This document shows positions 38,201 through 51,242 of a stretch of 64,000 nucleotides of DNA, in pieces. This DNA is from Octopus sinensis (lineage: Eukaryota), in contig NC_043004.1 of assembly GCF_006345805.1 (NCBI RefSeq), forward strand, positions 78,368,001 through 78,432,000, given 5' to 3'. How positions within the stretch are numbered: position 1 is the first letter of the stretch; the number at the start of each line of letters is the position of its first letter. The notes beneath the pieces were generated by a model. It made no database searches. It saw only the letters and a program-made list of their open reading frames with translations, and had not been told where the DNA came from. The translations under genes and the position numbers were made by a program.

Positions 38201-41200
38201 GTAAATATATTTTGTGATTTTCATCTCTGTGAATGTGGCAATTTAATTAAACATGATGAAAGCATGGAAATATTTTTAGTTTAAAATAAGAAAAAAATTC
38301 ATTTTAATTAAAAGCAATTTTTCATACGTCTAGATGAAATTTTGCAATTAAAATACTGATCGAGCTTTTTATCTATCTATTGGTAGATAACATCAGACAA
38401 TGATCTGGACTGAGAATTAGGGAACTGGCAATCAGCATCATCATCATTGTTTAATGTCTGTCTTCCATGCATGCATAGGTAGGATGGTCGACAGAAGCCA
38501 GCTGGGTAGAAAATTACCCTACACTACTGTGTCTGTTTTGGCAGGGTTTTTACAGCTGGATGCCCTTCCTAACACCAACCACTCTCTTCTGTATTGGCAT
38601 GTGTAGAACAGTTTGACAGGAACTGGCAAGACCAGAGAGCTATACTAGGCTCCATTGTCCACCTTGGCATGGTTTCTATGGCTGGATGCCCTTCCTGACA
38701 CTAACCACTTTACAGAGTGCTCCACTGGGTGCTTTTTATGTGGCACCAGCACTGGTATTTATATTATGCACAGGTTACTTGAGATGGTAAGCATCAGGTA
38801 TTTTGTAGAAAAAGTATATTTTCATAAGGTGCAGGCCTTGCTGTGTGGTTAAGAAGTTTGCTTCCCAGTCACAGGGATTCAGGTTCAGTTCCACCATGTG
38901 ACACCTTGGGCAAGCATCTTCTAATGTAGCCCCCTAACTGACTAAAGCTTTGTGTGTGGATTTGGTGGATGGGGATGGAAACCTGTTGTGTATACATATG
39001 CGTGTGCATGTGGACGTTTGTGTTTCCTTTGTCTTTGCATCACACGGTAGCTGTAAACAACAGTCACTGTCATACAAGCAGTGTCATTTGTTTGCCATCC
39101 TCTGTGAAAATACGTCTGGTCAAGGGGAAAACATTACCTTACTTGGAACAGTTGGGGGGTTAGTTACAGTAAGAGCATCTGGCTGCAGAAAATCTGTTTC
39201 AATAAATTCCTGACCTATACGAGCATGGAAAAGGGGACATTAAAACGATGATGATGATGATTGACTAATATGAAAAAAATAAATGATTTGTATGTTACTA
39301 GTATTATACTAAAAGCACAATAAATAATTAATAACGAAAGGTAATACTTATCCCTGCTTGAAGGTGAATGTTGTGTCAGAACACAAAATACTGTGTTATT
39401 TACCTTGAGAGAACCTCTTATATGGACTTGTGGTGCATGTATGCACTCTTGTTTATATTGCTAGCAGGAGATAATCCTCCACCATCGCCACTAGGATTAC
39501 CAGATCATGTAATTTCAGCCTTCCTTGGCCTTATTAATAGTAGACACACAAAAGCTAGAGATAGCAGTGATTCCTCTGCAAGCAATCTACAGAGAATCTC
39601 GGTGTCTTGTCAGGCTCTGGTGTTGCAAATAGCCTGTGGGATTATTAAAAAATAATAGCAACAGAAGCAGTGTTAATACCAGAAGATAATATTTATCCCC
39701 ACTTAAAAGTGGATGTTGTGTAAGAACACAAAATACTGCATTAGTTACCATGAGAGAACCTCTCATATGGACTTGTGGTGCATATATGCACTTGTGTTTA
39801 TATCGCTAGCAGGACTCCGACACAATATTAACTTTTAAAGGGGGATAAATATCACAATAAATGTTACAAAATTTGATGTTTTGAAGTATTTCATGATTCC
39901 TTTCGATTATTGACTTTCTATAAAAACTGAACACATGATGTTGGAAATGGTGCAGCTTTGTAGATTATTGGGAGGATTTGTTAACTTTTTGTAGGCAAAG
40001 GCAGTGTGTGGCCAAGTGGTTAGGATACTACACTCACCATCATAAGCTCTTGGTTTCAATTCTCAGACTGAGTGACACATTTTGTTCTCGAGCAAAACAC
40101 TTCATTTCACTTTGCTCTGTCCACTCAGGTGTAGAAATGGGTCACCCTTCGACAGACTATTCTTTTGATCAGGAAGGAACGATGTGATCTCAGTCACTTA
40201 AATGTTATGGAAACCAGGTAATTGGGCCTAAGAGTCTTAGGACTCAAGACAATAATGTCCAGAGGGTTGTTGATGATGACGATGAAAACTTTCTCTAGAA
40301 ACTACACCATGTTATTAAACATGTTGACACTTTCTGTTTTTGTATTTGTAGATTATGTGTTTGATGAGAATCCTGATGTGGAGCAAATTTTAACTAAAGT
40401 TAAAAGTAAGTCACCTTTTAAATATTTATTTGCCATTGTCCTTTCTCAATCAAATGAAATCTCATTGCTTGTCCATTACTACCTGGTATTTATATAAATT
40501 TCTGTTTATAGTTTTCTCTAATGTAACACATCTGTGCTTGTTCCTCTATCACACTGTAGCCTCTGTCACACTTTAGGCTTGGGTTGGACTGTTTGACTGA
40601 AGACTGGCAAGCTAGGAGGCTGCACCAGGTTATAATCTGATTTGGCAAGGTTTCTACAGCTGGATGCCCTTCCTAATACCAACCACTCTGAGAGTGTAGT
40701 GGGTGCTTTTTACATGCCAGCGGCATGGAAGCCAGTCAGGCAGCACTGGCATCAACCACGCTCGAATGGTGCTTTTTATGTGCCACTGGCACAAATATAT
40801 ATATACATATGTATTATATACATTATATAAGTATATATTGTAGGTAATTGATTAGTGTATGCAGAATTTATATAAAAAGAAATTTAAAAGGCAAGATGAA
40901 ATGAACAGGGTTTGATCACAGATGCAACAATTGTTTCTGTGCATTAGTAACAGCTGTTAGTTGCTGAGTTTTGCACATCATACTATTAAATAAAATATTA
41001 TCATCATCATCATTTAATGTCCATTGTCGATGCTGACATGGGTCAAACAGTTTGACTGGAGTCGATGAGCTGGAGAGCTGCACCAGGTTCCAGTTTGATT
41101 TGGTGTGGTTTCTACTGCTGGATGCCCTTCCTAATGCCATCCATTCCAGGGGTGTAATGGGTGCTTTTACGTGCCACTGGGGCAGGTGCCATTTATATGG

Positions 41201-41307
41201 CACCAGCAATGACCATGACTACGACTATGGTTTACATAGCATATAAATATGATCCAGCTGCTGCTGTGTACCTGCCCATCATCAGGTGATAAGCACTGTT
41301 GTATCAT

Positions 41308-41362
<55 letters not shown>

Positions 41363-44300
41363 ATAATAATGATATTAGGGAGTAAATCCAAACTTACAGG
41401 GAAAAATTAGATTTAGGATTAAATCTAATTTTACAGTATAAATATGAATTAAATTAGAGATAAAACCACTATTAGCAAATCAAACAGTGAAAAACATAAA
41501 CCAAAACATAGAAATAAAATTGATTAATATAATATACAAAATATATAAAATTCAAAATTTAAATTATTTAAATTTAAAGTTAAAAATTTTAAATTATTAA
41601 TTTATATTTATAAATTCATATATATATATAAATTTATAAATATAAATTAATAATTTTAACTTTATAAATATAAATTAATAATTTTAACTTTATAAATATT
41701 TATAAATTTATATATATATATGAATTTATAAATATAAATTAATAATTTAAAATTTTTAAGTTAAAAATTTTAAATTATTAATTTATATTTATAAATTTTT
41801 AACTTTAAATTTAAATAATTTAAATTTTATATTTTATATGTTTTGTAAATTATATTAATCAATTTTATTTCTATGTTTTGGTTTATGTTTTTCACTGTTT
41901 GATTTGCTAATAGTGGTTTTATCTCTAATTTAATCTATATATATATATATATACACATACACATCTAATATAGGATAAAAATTTTCCAAAAATATTATCA
42001 GTGGCCAGCATATTAAAAAATACCTTTTAAGGTGAAAATTATATACAACTTTATAAATAAGGAAAAAGAAAAAAATTCCTAATCCAAATATGCTGAGAAT
42101 AGACTTTAAATCATCACTAAAGTCTATTCTCAGCATATTTGGCATAGGGATTTTTTTCTTTTGCCCTTATTTATAAAGTTATATGAGAGAGAAAGAGATC
42201 TCAACTGATGACATCTTTCTACTTAAACCTGTGTGAAGGTTTTTCTTTCAATGTAATCTATTTAGCTACTGTTTATTAGAGCGTGACATTTTGTATCAAT
42301 TATATATAATTATATTCCGATGTCTAATCGTGTGTTATATTCATGTCTTTCTATCTAGGTGATGAACATGAACCTGTGATATTTTCAATAAACAATAACC
42401 TTTTTGTGAGTGTGAAAATTGTACAGTGTAAGTATATAAGTAGTTTTGTAATTGATTTGTTTGTAGTTTGAGAGTGGCTGTTTGGTACAACAGGTCAGCC
42501 AAGGGAGCCTCTAGGTCAGCTGTTCTTAACAGCGGCTCCTTGGACTGCATGCGTCCCCCAACCATTCTCCTGGGGGCTTCCAACAGTCTTGTCTCTATGA
42601 ATATGAATTTTTCTTTAAGTGGTTTGTTTTACTTTTTTTTCTTTTTGGTGTGGCCTCTAAATAAATCCAGGTTTTCAATCTGGCTCAGATATTAAAAAGG
42701 TCGAGAACTGCTGCTCTCAGTTGCTGATTCACCTGCTAGAAATAGCTGCTGGGTTGCCTTCAAATCACACTCTGTCATTGTAAAAAGACAAAGAGGTGAT
42801 GCTGTCCAAGATAAACTGTGCCTGAGAGAATGTTGTAGCTGCAATACCTTTTATGATGAGTGGATCTGACAGAAGCTTAACAACATATGTGCACGACATG
42901 GTGATCTCATATCAAGATAAACAGCGCATGACCTTGCAGGTGGGGCCCAGTTAGAATTTTCTTCTGGTCGAGTAGCCCATCCTACTCAAAAGGTCCCTGA
43001 ATAAGGGTTGTTTAAAGATGTTGAACAAACCACCCATGTTTCCAGAGGTAAATTATTCAAACCCCAAAGAATCCCTCTCAACACATGGCTATGATGCTCC
43101 CCCACTACTTCTGCTCGTGATCAGAGATGCACATATCGTCAGCCACTAAGGGACATGCTCACCTGGTTATGGTCAAACTGACAAGCAAATCTGTGGTATT
43201 GAGCAGAATATTTGCTATATCCCATCTTTTATACCAAGACAAAACACGTACATGATAACACTTCCAATCAGTTAAGATCAGAAGCCATGAGAGCCACTGC
43301 CTGGTACTGCATCAGGGCATTTATCATTATTATTATTGTAAATTGTGATAAGAAAATCTTATATGAACCCCCAACGGTCATATGGTCTCTAGTTGAGAAC
43401 CACTGGTTGTATAACATTTAATATTTTCTTAGTAAATGAAATGAGGTTATTCTGTTATGTTTCAGCCCTAAGGCTGTGGCCATGCTGGGGCGCCATCAGG
43501 TTGTTTATAATTAACAATTTTCTAATTACCATCCACCCATATTCACTTACTAATTATCGTCTAAAATACAAAGACTCTGTTTAAAGACTCTTAATATTTC
43601 CATTTCTCTTTCAGTGGACTGTTGTGTAAATCGGACCTGCTGGGCTTTCACTACTAAAGGCATGTGTACAGTGGGGCAAGATGAAATAGTTATTGTACTG
43701 GAATGCTTTCAGGATGAAAAAATGATTCCAAAAGATATATTTTGGCATTTTCATACTGTTTATGAAGAGGCTTACAAAGGTAAGTCATTATCAGGTTGTT
43801 GTTTTTTTGCTTGTTTTGTTTTTTCTTAACTTCAGTGTTACTTTTGAGGTTGGTGCCATGTAAAAAGCAATCAGTCCACCCTCTGTAAAGTGGTTGGTGT
43901 TAGGAAGGGCATCCAGCTGTAGAGACCGTACCAAAATGGATAATTGGAACCTGGTGCAGTTCTTTGGCTTTCCAGCTCCTCTCAAACTGTCCAACCCATG
44001 CCAGCATGGAAAACAGGTCTTTGATGATGATGATGATGACGATGACGACGACGACGATGACGATTCTTTGTATCTTTGTCTCTTGAAATGTCTACTTTGT
44101 AAACATCATCTTTGATATTAATATTACTATTATCACCAGTGTTGAAATTTCTTTTTATTACCATTTGTATTTGTGACAAAATATCTAACCAATAACTATT
44201 TCCGCTTAAAATTATTGATACTTTTGTATTATCATCATCTTTTGATTGTCCATGCTGGCATAAAAGCCATGTTTATAGTGATCAGCAAGAATCAAAATGG

Positions 44301-47300
44301 TGACATATATTTTGTTAATAGATTCCAATAACAAAGCACAACAGTGTTTGGCATATTCCTGCTTGAATCTGCTGGAATGTATTAAGAATTAATATCTCTG
44401 TTATTGTTTTGATTCTCACAGTTCACTGTGTATGGGATGATTTATTATTGATTGGCAGATTTTGGTACAGATCAGCAAATAATTTGTTTACTGATTTTTA
44501 TAAACAAGAGCCAAAACCTCTTGTTAGATTCATTAACCCAGGGTAGCTTGGTAGTCCCAAAATCCCCTTATTCCAGTGAATCCAGTGTGTCTTTGAACCC
44601 ACATTAGTCTGGAAGTTGTTGTTTTCCATAGACAAAATACAATATTGATTAACATTTCCAAGTTTGAATCAACTGAAATATATAAAAGCCAGCCGGGTAG
44701 AAAATTACCCTACGCTACTGTGTCTGTTTTGGCAGGGTTTTTACAGTTGATTTGTCCAGCATTGGACACCCTACAAAGGGCTTGTATTTCATTGGCATAG
44801 TTCTCAGGGTCCATGAGGTAGACAAGCCCCTGCATTGTAACAAGGACCTTGTGGTGGATTAGTGAATCTATGTTATTATCTGACTAGATGACTAGCTATT
44901 AGATTTTCATTGTAATTATTTGACTGTTTGCATTAAATGTGTTCTGTCTGTCTCTCTACATTTCAGGTAATCCTGTATCAGATATGGGTCACACAATATT
45001 CAACCAGAGTTTCCTGGGGAGCCGAGATCATGGTGGCTTCCTCTATATCAGACCAACCTTCCAGTGCCTACAGAAAATAACTTTACCTAGTCCTCCTTAT
45101 CTTTTTGGTATTCTTCTTCAGACTTGGGAAGCACCTTGGGCAAAAGTCTTCCCAATTCGATTACTTTTGAGGCTTGGTGCTGAATATAGATGTAAGTCCA
45201 TGAAGAAAACTATTCTAACGTTTATTATTTTTGTGAAAACAGAAAGTGAAGTTTACAATAATAATGTAAATTGTTTGGCTCTTTAGCATTTAAACCATCC
45301 ATACCTGGCCCAAATATTCTTCCTGTTTTACGTTCAAACTAGCCAGGTCACACCTACCCTACAATGTTGTTCTAAAAATAAAATATCGCCTCATTGAAAT
45401 CTCAAAGCTATAAGATAATGCATAACTAATTCAAAACATTGGGAATAAATAAGTTATTATCTTTGACAGAGAAATCTGAATGTTAAAGGTTGAAATGAAG
45501 TCTTGATGAATTAGATATTTGTGTAAATGATATTTTCTCCTGTCTCTGAAAGAAGCTATAGAGAAATTGAATTAGTTGAATAGTTGGATATTCTCAGCTT
45601 GTATAGATTGTTTACATTGTGGTAGGTAAATTGTGAGGGCAACACTAGAAAAGTTTCAAATCTTTCTAGAAACGTCATGTTTTGTTCTTAGTTAAACACA
45701 ATCTTTACTTTCCTATTGAAATCTCTTTAGCCAAGAAGTGAATACTTTATTCTTGGTTTAGTCCAATTTTTAATTGTATGATTAGTGTTGTTTAGAACCT
45801 TGGAGTCTTACCATGTGGCCTCAGGTCCAGTTCCATTGCATGGCACTATGTCTGGTCATACAATGACCAATGGTTTCACAGTCATAAAGCACTTACCTTT
45901 ATTTAGCATATATATATATATATATATGTTTGTGTGTCTGTGTTTGTCCTCCCACCATCGCTTGACAACTGATGTTGGTGTATTTATGCTCCTGTAACTT
46001 AGTGGTTCAGCAAAAGAGACCAATAGAATAAGTACGAGGCTTACAAAGAATAAATCTTGGGGTTGATTTGTTCAACTAAAGGTGGTGCTCCAGCATGGCC
46101 ACAGTCAAAATGACTGAAACAAGTAAAAGAATAAAAGAAAGAATATATATACGTGGTGTGATCAATAAATATCTGGAGTGTTGCCATAATAAAGAAGCTA
46201 AAGCACTCAGCATGAAGCCACTTGGCACAAATTGACCTTGGACTCTGCTGTGCATGGGCACTATCAATATTTGCTACAGTAGAATCAACCCTTAAGGGTT
46301 AGTCACATTTAAGTGGCAAATATACTTCACAATGTCATGTAGCCACTGTTTATACCTCGCTCAGAGATTTATTATTAATTAAAGAAATTTTTATAATTAA
46401 TAACTACTAAATTATTACAAACTCATTATGACCTGCATATTTTATAATTACTATTGTCTAGTTTTTAAAACAGGAGAGTGCTTTGGTGAAAACCTCAATG
46501 TGTGTTATCTTTTTTTTGTTTTAATTTATATATTTTTTTTTGAAATCCTATTTAATCTTTCTATTTTATTTGCAGATTACCCCTGTCCCTTAATCAGTGT
46601 CCGGAATAGGAAGCCAGTGTTTTGTGAAATTGGTCATACAATAATGAATCTCTTGGCTGACTTCCGCAACTACCAGTATATGTTACCTCAAATTAAAGGG
46701 GTTACAATACACATGGAAGATAAAAGGACTGTTATTAACTTTCCTCGAAATCGATATGATGATGTAAGAGCTGTTTACTTTAATATTGTGTCTTTCTTCT
46801 CTCACTTCTTGGTCTTACATCCACCTGTGGCTGTATAAATATAATAATGGGTCCCGTACCTCAGTAGGCTGACCCCTTTTGACCTTAAGTATATTAGTGG
46901 GGCCCATACCTAAATAGGCCAACCTCTTTTGACCCTGTTACTGTTTCCAATATTTCACAGGTGATAGAAACAATTGTAACTTCCAACCGCCTTCCTCAAC
47001 TGAAATATTTTTCCTCAGTTTCCAAATTAGAAGTGCAAATGTAGCTGTGTTGTCAAGGAGTTTACTTCCCAACCACATAGTTTTGGGTTCAATCCCACTG
47101 CATGGTAGCTTGAGTAAGTATCTTCTACTACAGCTCCAGGTCAACTTAAATCTTAGGAGCTGACTTGGTAAATGAAAACTGAAGGAAGCCCATCATATAT
47201 GCATGAATGTCTCCCTGTCTTGACCTCGTGTGATAGTCGTAAATGAGCATCACCCTCATAGAAGCAGTGTCGTTTTCAGCCTTCTGTGAGAATATGTCTA

Positions 47301-50246
47301 ATGATGGGGAAATATCATCTTACTTGGAAACAGGAAGGGCAGCCAAGTGTAAAAACCTGCCTCAATGACTCCTAACTGACTTAGTGTTATAATTGATTAT
47401 CGTTACTAATCAGTAATGTGTCTTTAAGAGGGGAATTGTTTCCTTGCTATTCATATTGACAATTTATTGATGTATTTATAGTTAATGAAAGTGGTAATGA
47501 ACAGTAACGAGCATGTGATGGCGTTGGCAGCTAACTTCAGTGCAGAGGCCGACTCACATCTTGTATGTATTCAAAATGATGATGGAAATTACCAAACCCA
47601 AGCCATCAACATTCAGAACAAACCGAGGAAAGGTGAGTTATTTACATTAAATGAGCAATTCGTGTCTTTCCAAAATTTGTTTTTATTCAGTTTGATAATA
47701 ATTATGTCATTAAATCTTTTATTTTTTAATTTGTTTTTATTGTGTGATTTTATTTGTGATTTGTATAGTTAATTAGCATTAATTTTTCAACAAATATAAT
47801 AATTAATAAAATAATATTAAGCCAAAGAATTTACTGTGTGATATTTCATAAAAACGATGCTGGGACACCAATTTCGAAGTCCACATCCAATTGTTTCAGT
47901 TTGCTGCTTATTGTATCAAACACCATTTAGAAAACTGCTAAGTCATTGTTTTTGACACACAACAATGCAACTCCATACTCTGGTTTATCTTGGTTAACAT
48001 AAACATTGTGGCACTCCATCGATTACAACAATGAGGGTTCCAGTTGATCCGATCAACGGAACAGCCTGCTCGTGAAATTAACATGCAAGTGGCTGAGCAC
48101 TCCACAGACATGTGTACCCTTAATGTAGTTCTCAGAGAAATTCAGCATGATACAGAGTGTGTCAAGTCTGACCCTTTGAAATTCAGGTACAACAGAAACA
48201 GGAAGTAAGAGTGAGAGAAAGTTGTGGTGAAAGAACACAGCAGGGTTTGCTACCATCCCCTGCCAGAGCTTCATGGAGCTTTAGGTGTTTTCACTCAATA
48301 AACACTCACAACGCCCAGTCTGGGAATTGAAACTGCAATCCTATGACCATGAGTCCGCTGCCCTAACTACTGGGCCATTGCGCCTCCACTAATATAAACG
48401 TAACACACACACACATTTTTAATACACAGTGACTCAGAAGTCGATGGTTTCATGTAAGGCACTTGTATGCACCTTACAGAAGTCACTTAATAACTACTAC
48501 TAATTAAAAGTACTTAAATAGATATTCATTGGGTTCCAGTTATTATGTTTGTTCTACCAATCTCACACACACACACAAGCTTTTGTTTTTTATGTGTATT
48601 TCACTGACAAAGCAGTGATCATTCCAGGGCTGCTCTCAATCATAGTCTTAACTTTTCATCACCTGACACTAAGCCACACCCGTCAATTTCATTCCTCCTC
48701 TCAGGTGAGAGATCATTGTCTTGCAAGTTACCTGGTGACCTCACTGGTGCTGGTGCCACATGAAAAGCACCTGGCATACTTTGTAAAGTGGTTGGTGTTA
48801 GGAAGGGCATCCAGCCAAAGCAGACAACAGATTTTGGTGCAAACTTCTGACTTGTCAGCACGGGAGATGAATGTTAAATGATAACGATGACTGAGTTTGG
48901 TCTAATGAATCGGGTGCTTTTTATAATTCATGCAAATATTTAAATTTACTGATCAACATTATTTTTTCAATTAGAGAAATTGGAATGTAAAAATTTAAAA
49001 ATACCAAGGGAGGTAATTGCTATGTGGACGTTTGTTCTGTATTAAAATTAATTTTTTAAAATTTATTTTTTAATGATTTAGTTAGTTAATTAAGTTATCA
49101 CTCAAACAGCAGAAGATTTCAGCTGGCGATTCTGAAACTAAAGGTAAACAAATGAGAAAGAATACAAGCTTTGAAATAAGAAGAGACGTCTTGCTCCCCT
49201 CAGTTGTCTCCTAAATAGTTTTCAAATCCTTATCTAGATATTAATGTTTTATTTAGGTATTAGTGTTATATTTAACTATTTTTCATTTAAATATTGGTTG
49301 TTTTATTTAGATATTATTTTGTTGTATCTCACGAGGGTCAATATGCCAATAATAAACACATGCACTGGTTCATTCTCACTTCTTTCTTATTATTCATCTG
49401 TCGGTTAGCTATTTAATTAATTAATTGATTAATTGTCTGATTAATCTATCAATACATTTGTCTAAGTCCTTTCATTGCTATTCACAGTCTCTTCAATGAT
49501 GTGTCCTCTTGAGATACAACAAAATCTGTTTCAATACATGGGTTCACATCAAAATTGCATATTTCTGTGATATAGCCTTGAAGCACGCTTGTGCTGACGT
49601 AACCAGTTGTTGCTAACTCCACATGGAAGTAGATACAAATTGTCTTGCAGTTTGTGCTTAGAATTTAGACATCACATCTTAAACTAGTTTGGCAATATGT
49701 TTCTATGTCTATTTCTCAAATCCCAAATTTAAAGTATTGTTCAGAAAACTGTTTCCTTAATCCCAGTTTAGGAAAGGCCTGCAAGAATTATGGATTCTAT
49801 CTTTCTAATTTAGATTAGTCATTTAATTGTGGCTAAAACTACCTCCTGGTTCCCTCTTAAACTCTATTAACGTAATAGAATCTTTGGTGTCATCTTATGA
49901 AATTCTGTTTCGATCTAAAAAGCAAAATGTATCATTGTTTTCAACTGTATTTCATTGTTTTTTTTGCCCCATCCCCCCATCATCACAGTCAAGTTTTCTT
50001 ATTTTTACTTGTTTTACCTCATCTTCACTCTGCTTAACCCTTCACGCTTCACTTGCCATTTCTATAGGTCAACCTGCCACCACTGTGTCTTTTGGTGCCC
50101 CCTTTGGTGAAGTTCATTCTGTCAGATACTAATTCCACAAATCTGGGAGCACCTGCAAAACTCATCAGCACTGCATACCACGAGTCTAATTAATTAAAAA
50201 CAAAATTTATGATTACTAATATTTCCATAACACTATAACATATTAA

Positions 50247-50302
<56 letters not shown>

Positions 50303-50333
50303 GAGAGAGAGAGAGAGCTTGTGGATGTTATGT

Positions 50334-50367
<34 letters not shown>

Positions 50368-51208
50368 TCCATTCAACAGTTTTCCATTTATTCTTACCGC
50401 TCAGGTTACAAGTTCTACTCTGAAAGCTTTCAGTGGTTTCTACTAATGATGATGCCACATAAAAAGGAACCAAGTACACTCTGTAAAGTGGTTGGCATTA
50501 GGAAGGGCATCCAGCTGTAGAAACCATGCCAAAACAAACAAATGGTGCCTTGTGCAGCTCCTCTTAAACTGTCCAACCCATACCAGCATGGAAAATGGAT
50601 GTTAAATGATGATGATGATGATGATGATGATAATTTGTTTTTAGAGTTTGGGTCCAGTTCTTTCCTAGATATAAGACCTTGTTTGTCATCTGTTTCTGCT
50701 CCAAATGCAGTGCAAGAACTTCGCTCTAATCCTTTGTCTCTATTTAATTTACATTTATTCTTACCATTTTTAATTTCATGTCAGTCTAAAGAGAAAGCTT
50801 AGAATTTCTGGTGTCGTTGAGCCACACTGGACTGGAAGAGATGACGATTGACATTCAATTAGTAAGGATAGTAATTAATTGTTGTTTAGCCCAAGGCCAG
50901 CCCTGATTCAGCAGACCTGTCATTAAAGGCTCTCATACTGTGATCATTTTGTCTTCTTCGTGTATCTGGGACCACATTATGTAAGGTGTCTTTACTAGGG
51001 TGTAAGCTGTGGAAGATTTGGCTGTTGTTTCTAGCCATATGAGTGACTGCATAGGCACATTCTCAATAACTTGGATAATGATTGGTTTAGGAAATAGTTT
51101 AGTTCAGTCCCACTGTGTGGTCCCTTGAGCTTGAAGCTGGCCAGGCCTTGTAAGTGGCTTTGACAGATAGAAGTGTGTGTGTGCATGTGTCTGTCTTCCT
51201 TCCTTCCT

Positions 51209-51242
<34 letters not shown>

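Noticed and set aside
43120-43150. CTGACGA on the minus strand of the (TAA)n-adjacent repeat
   Set aside because: Followed by GAAG rather than GAAA, and no convincing stems.
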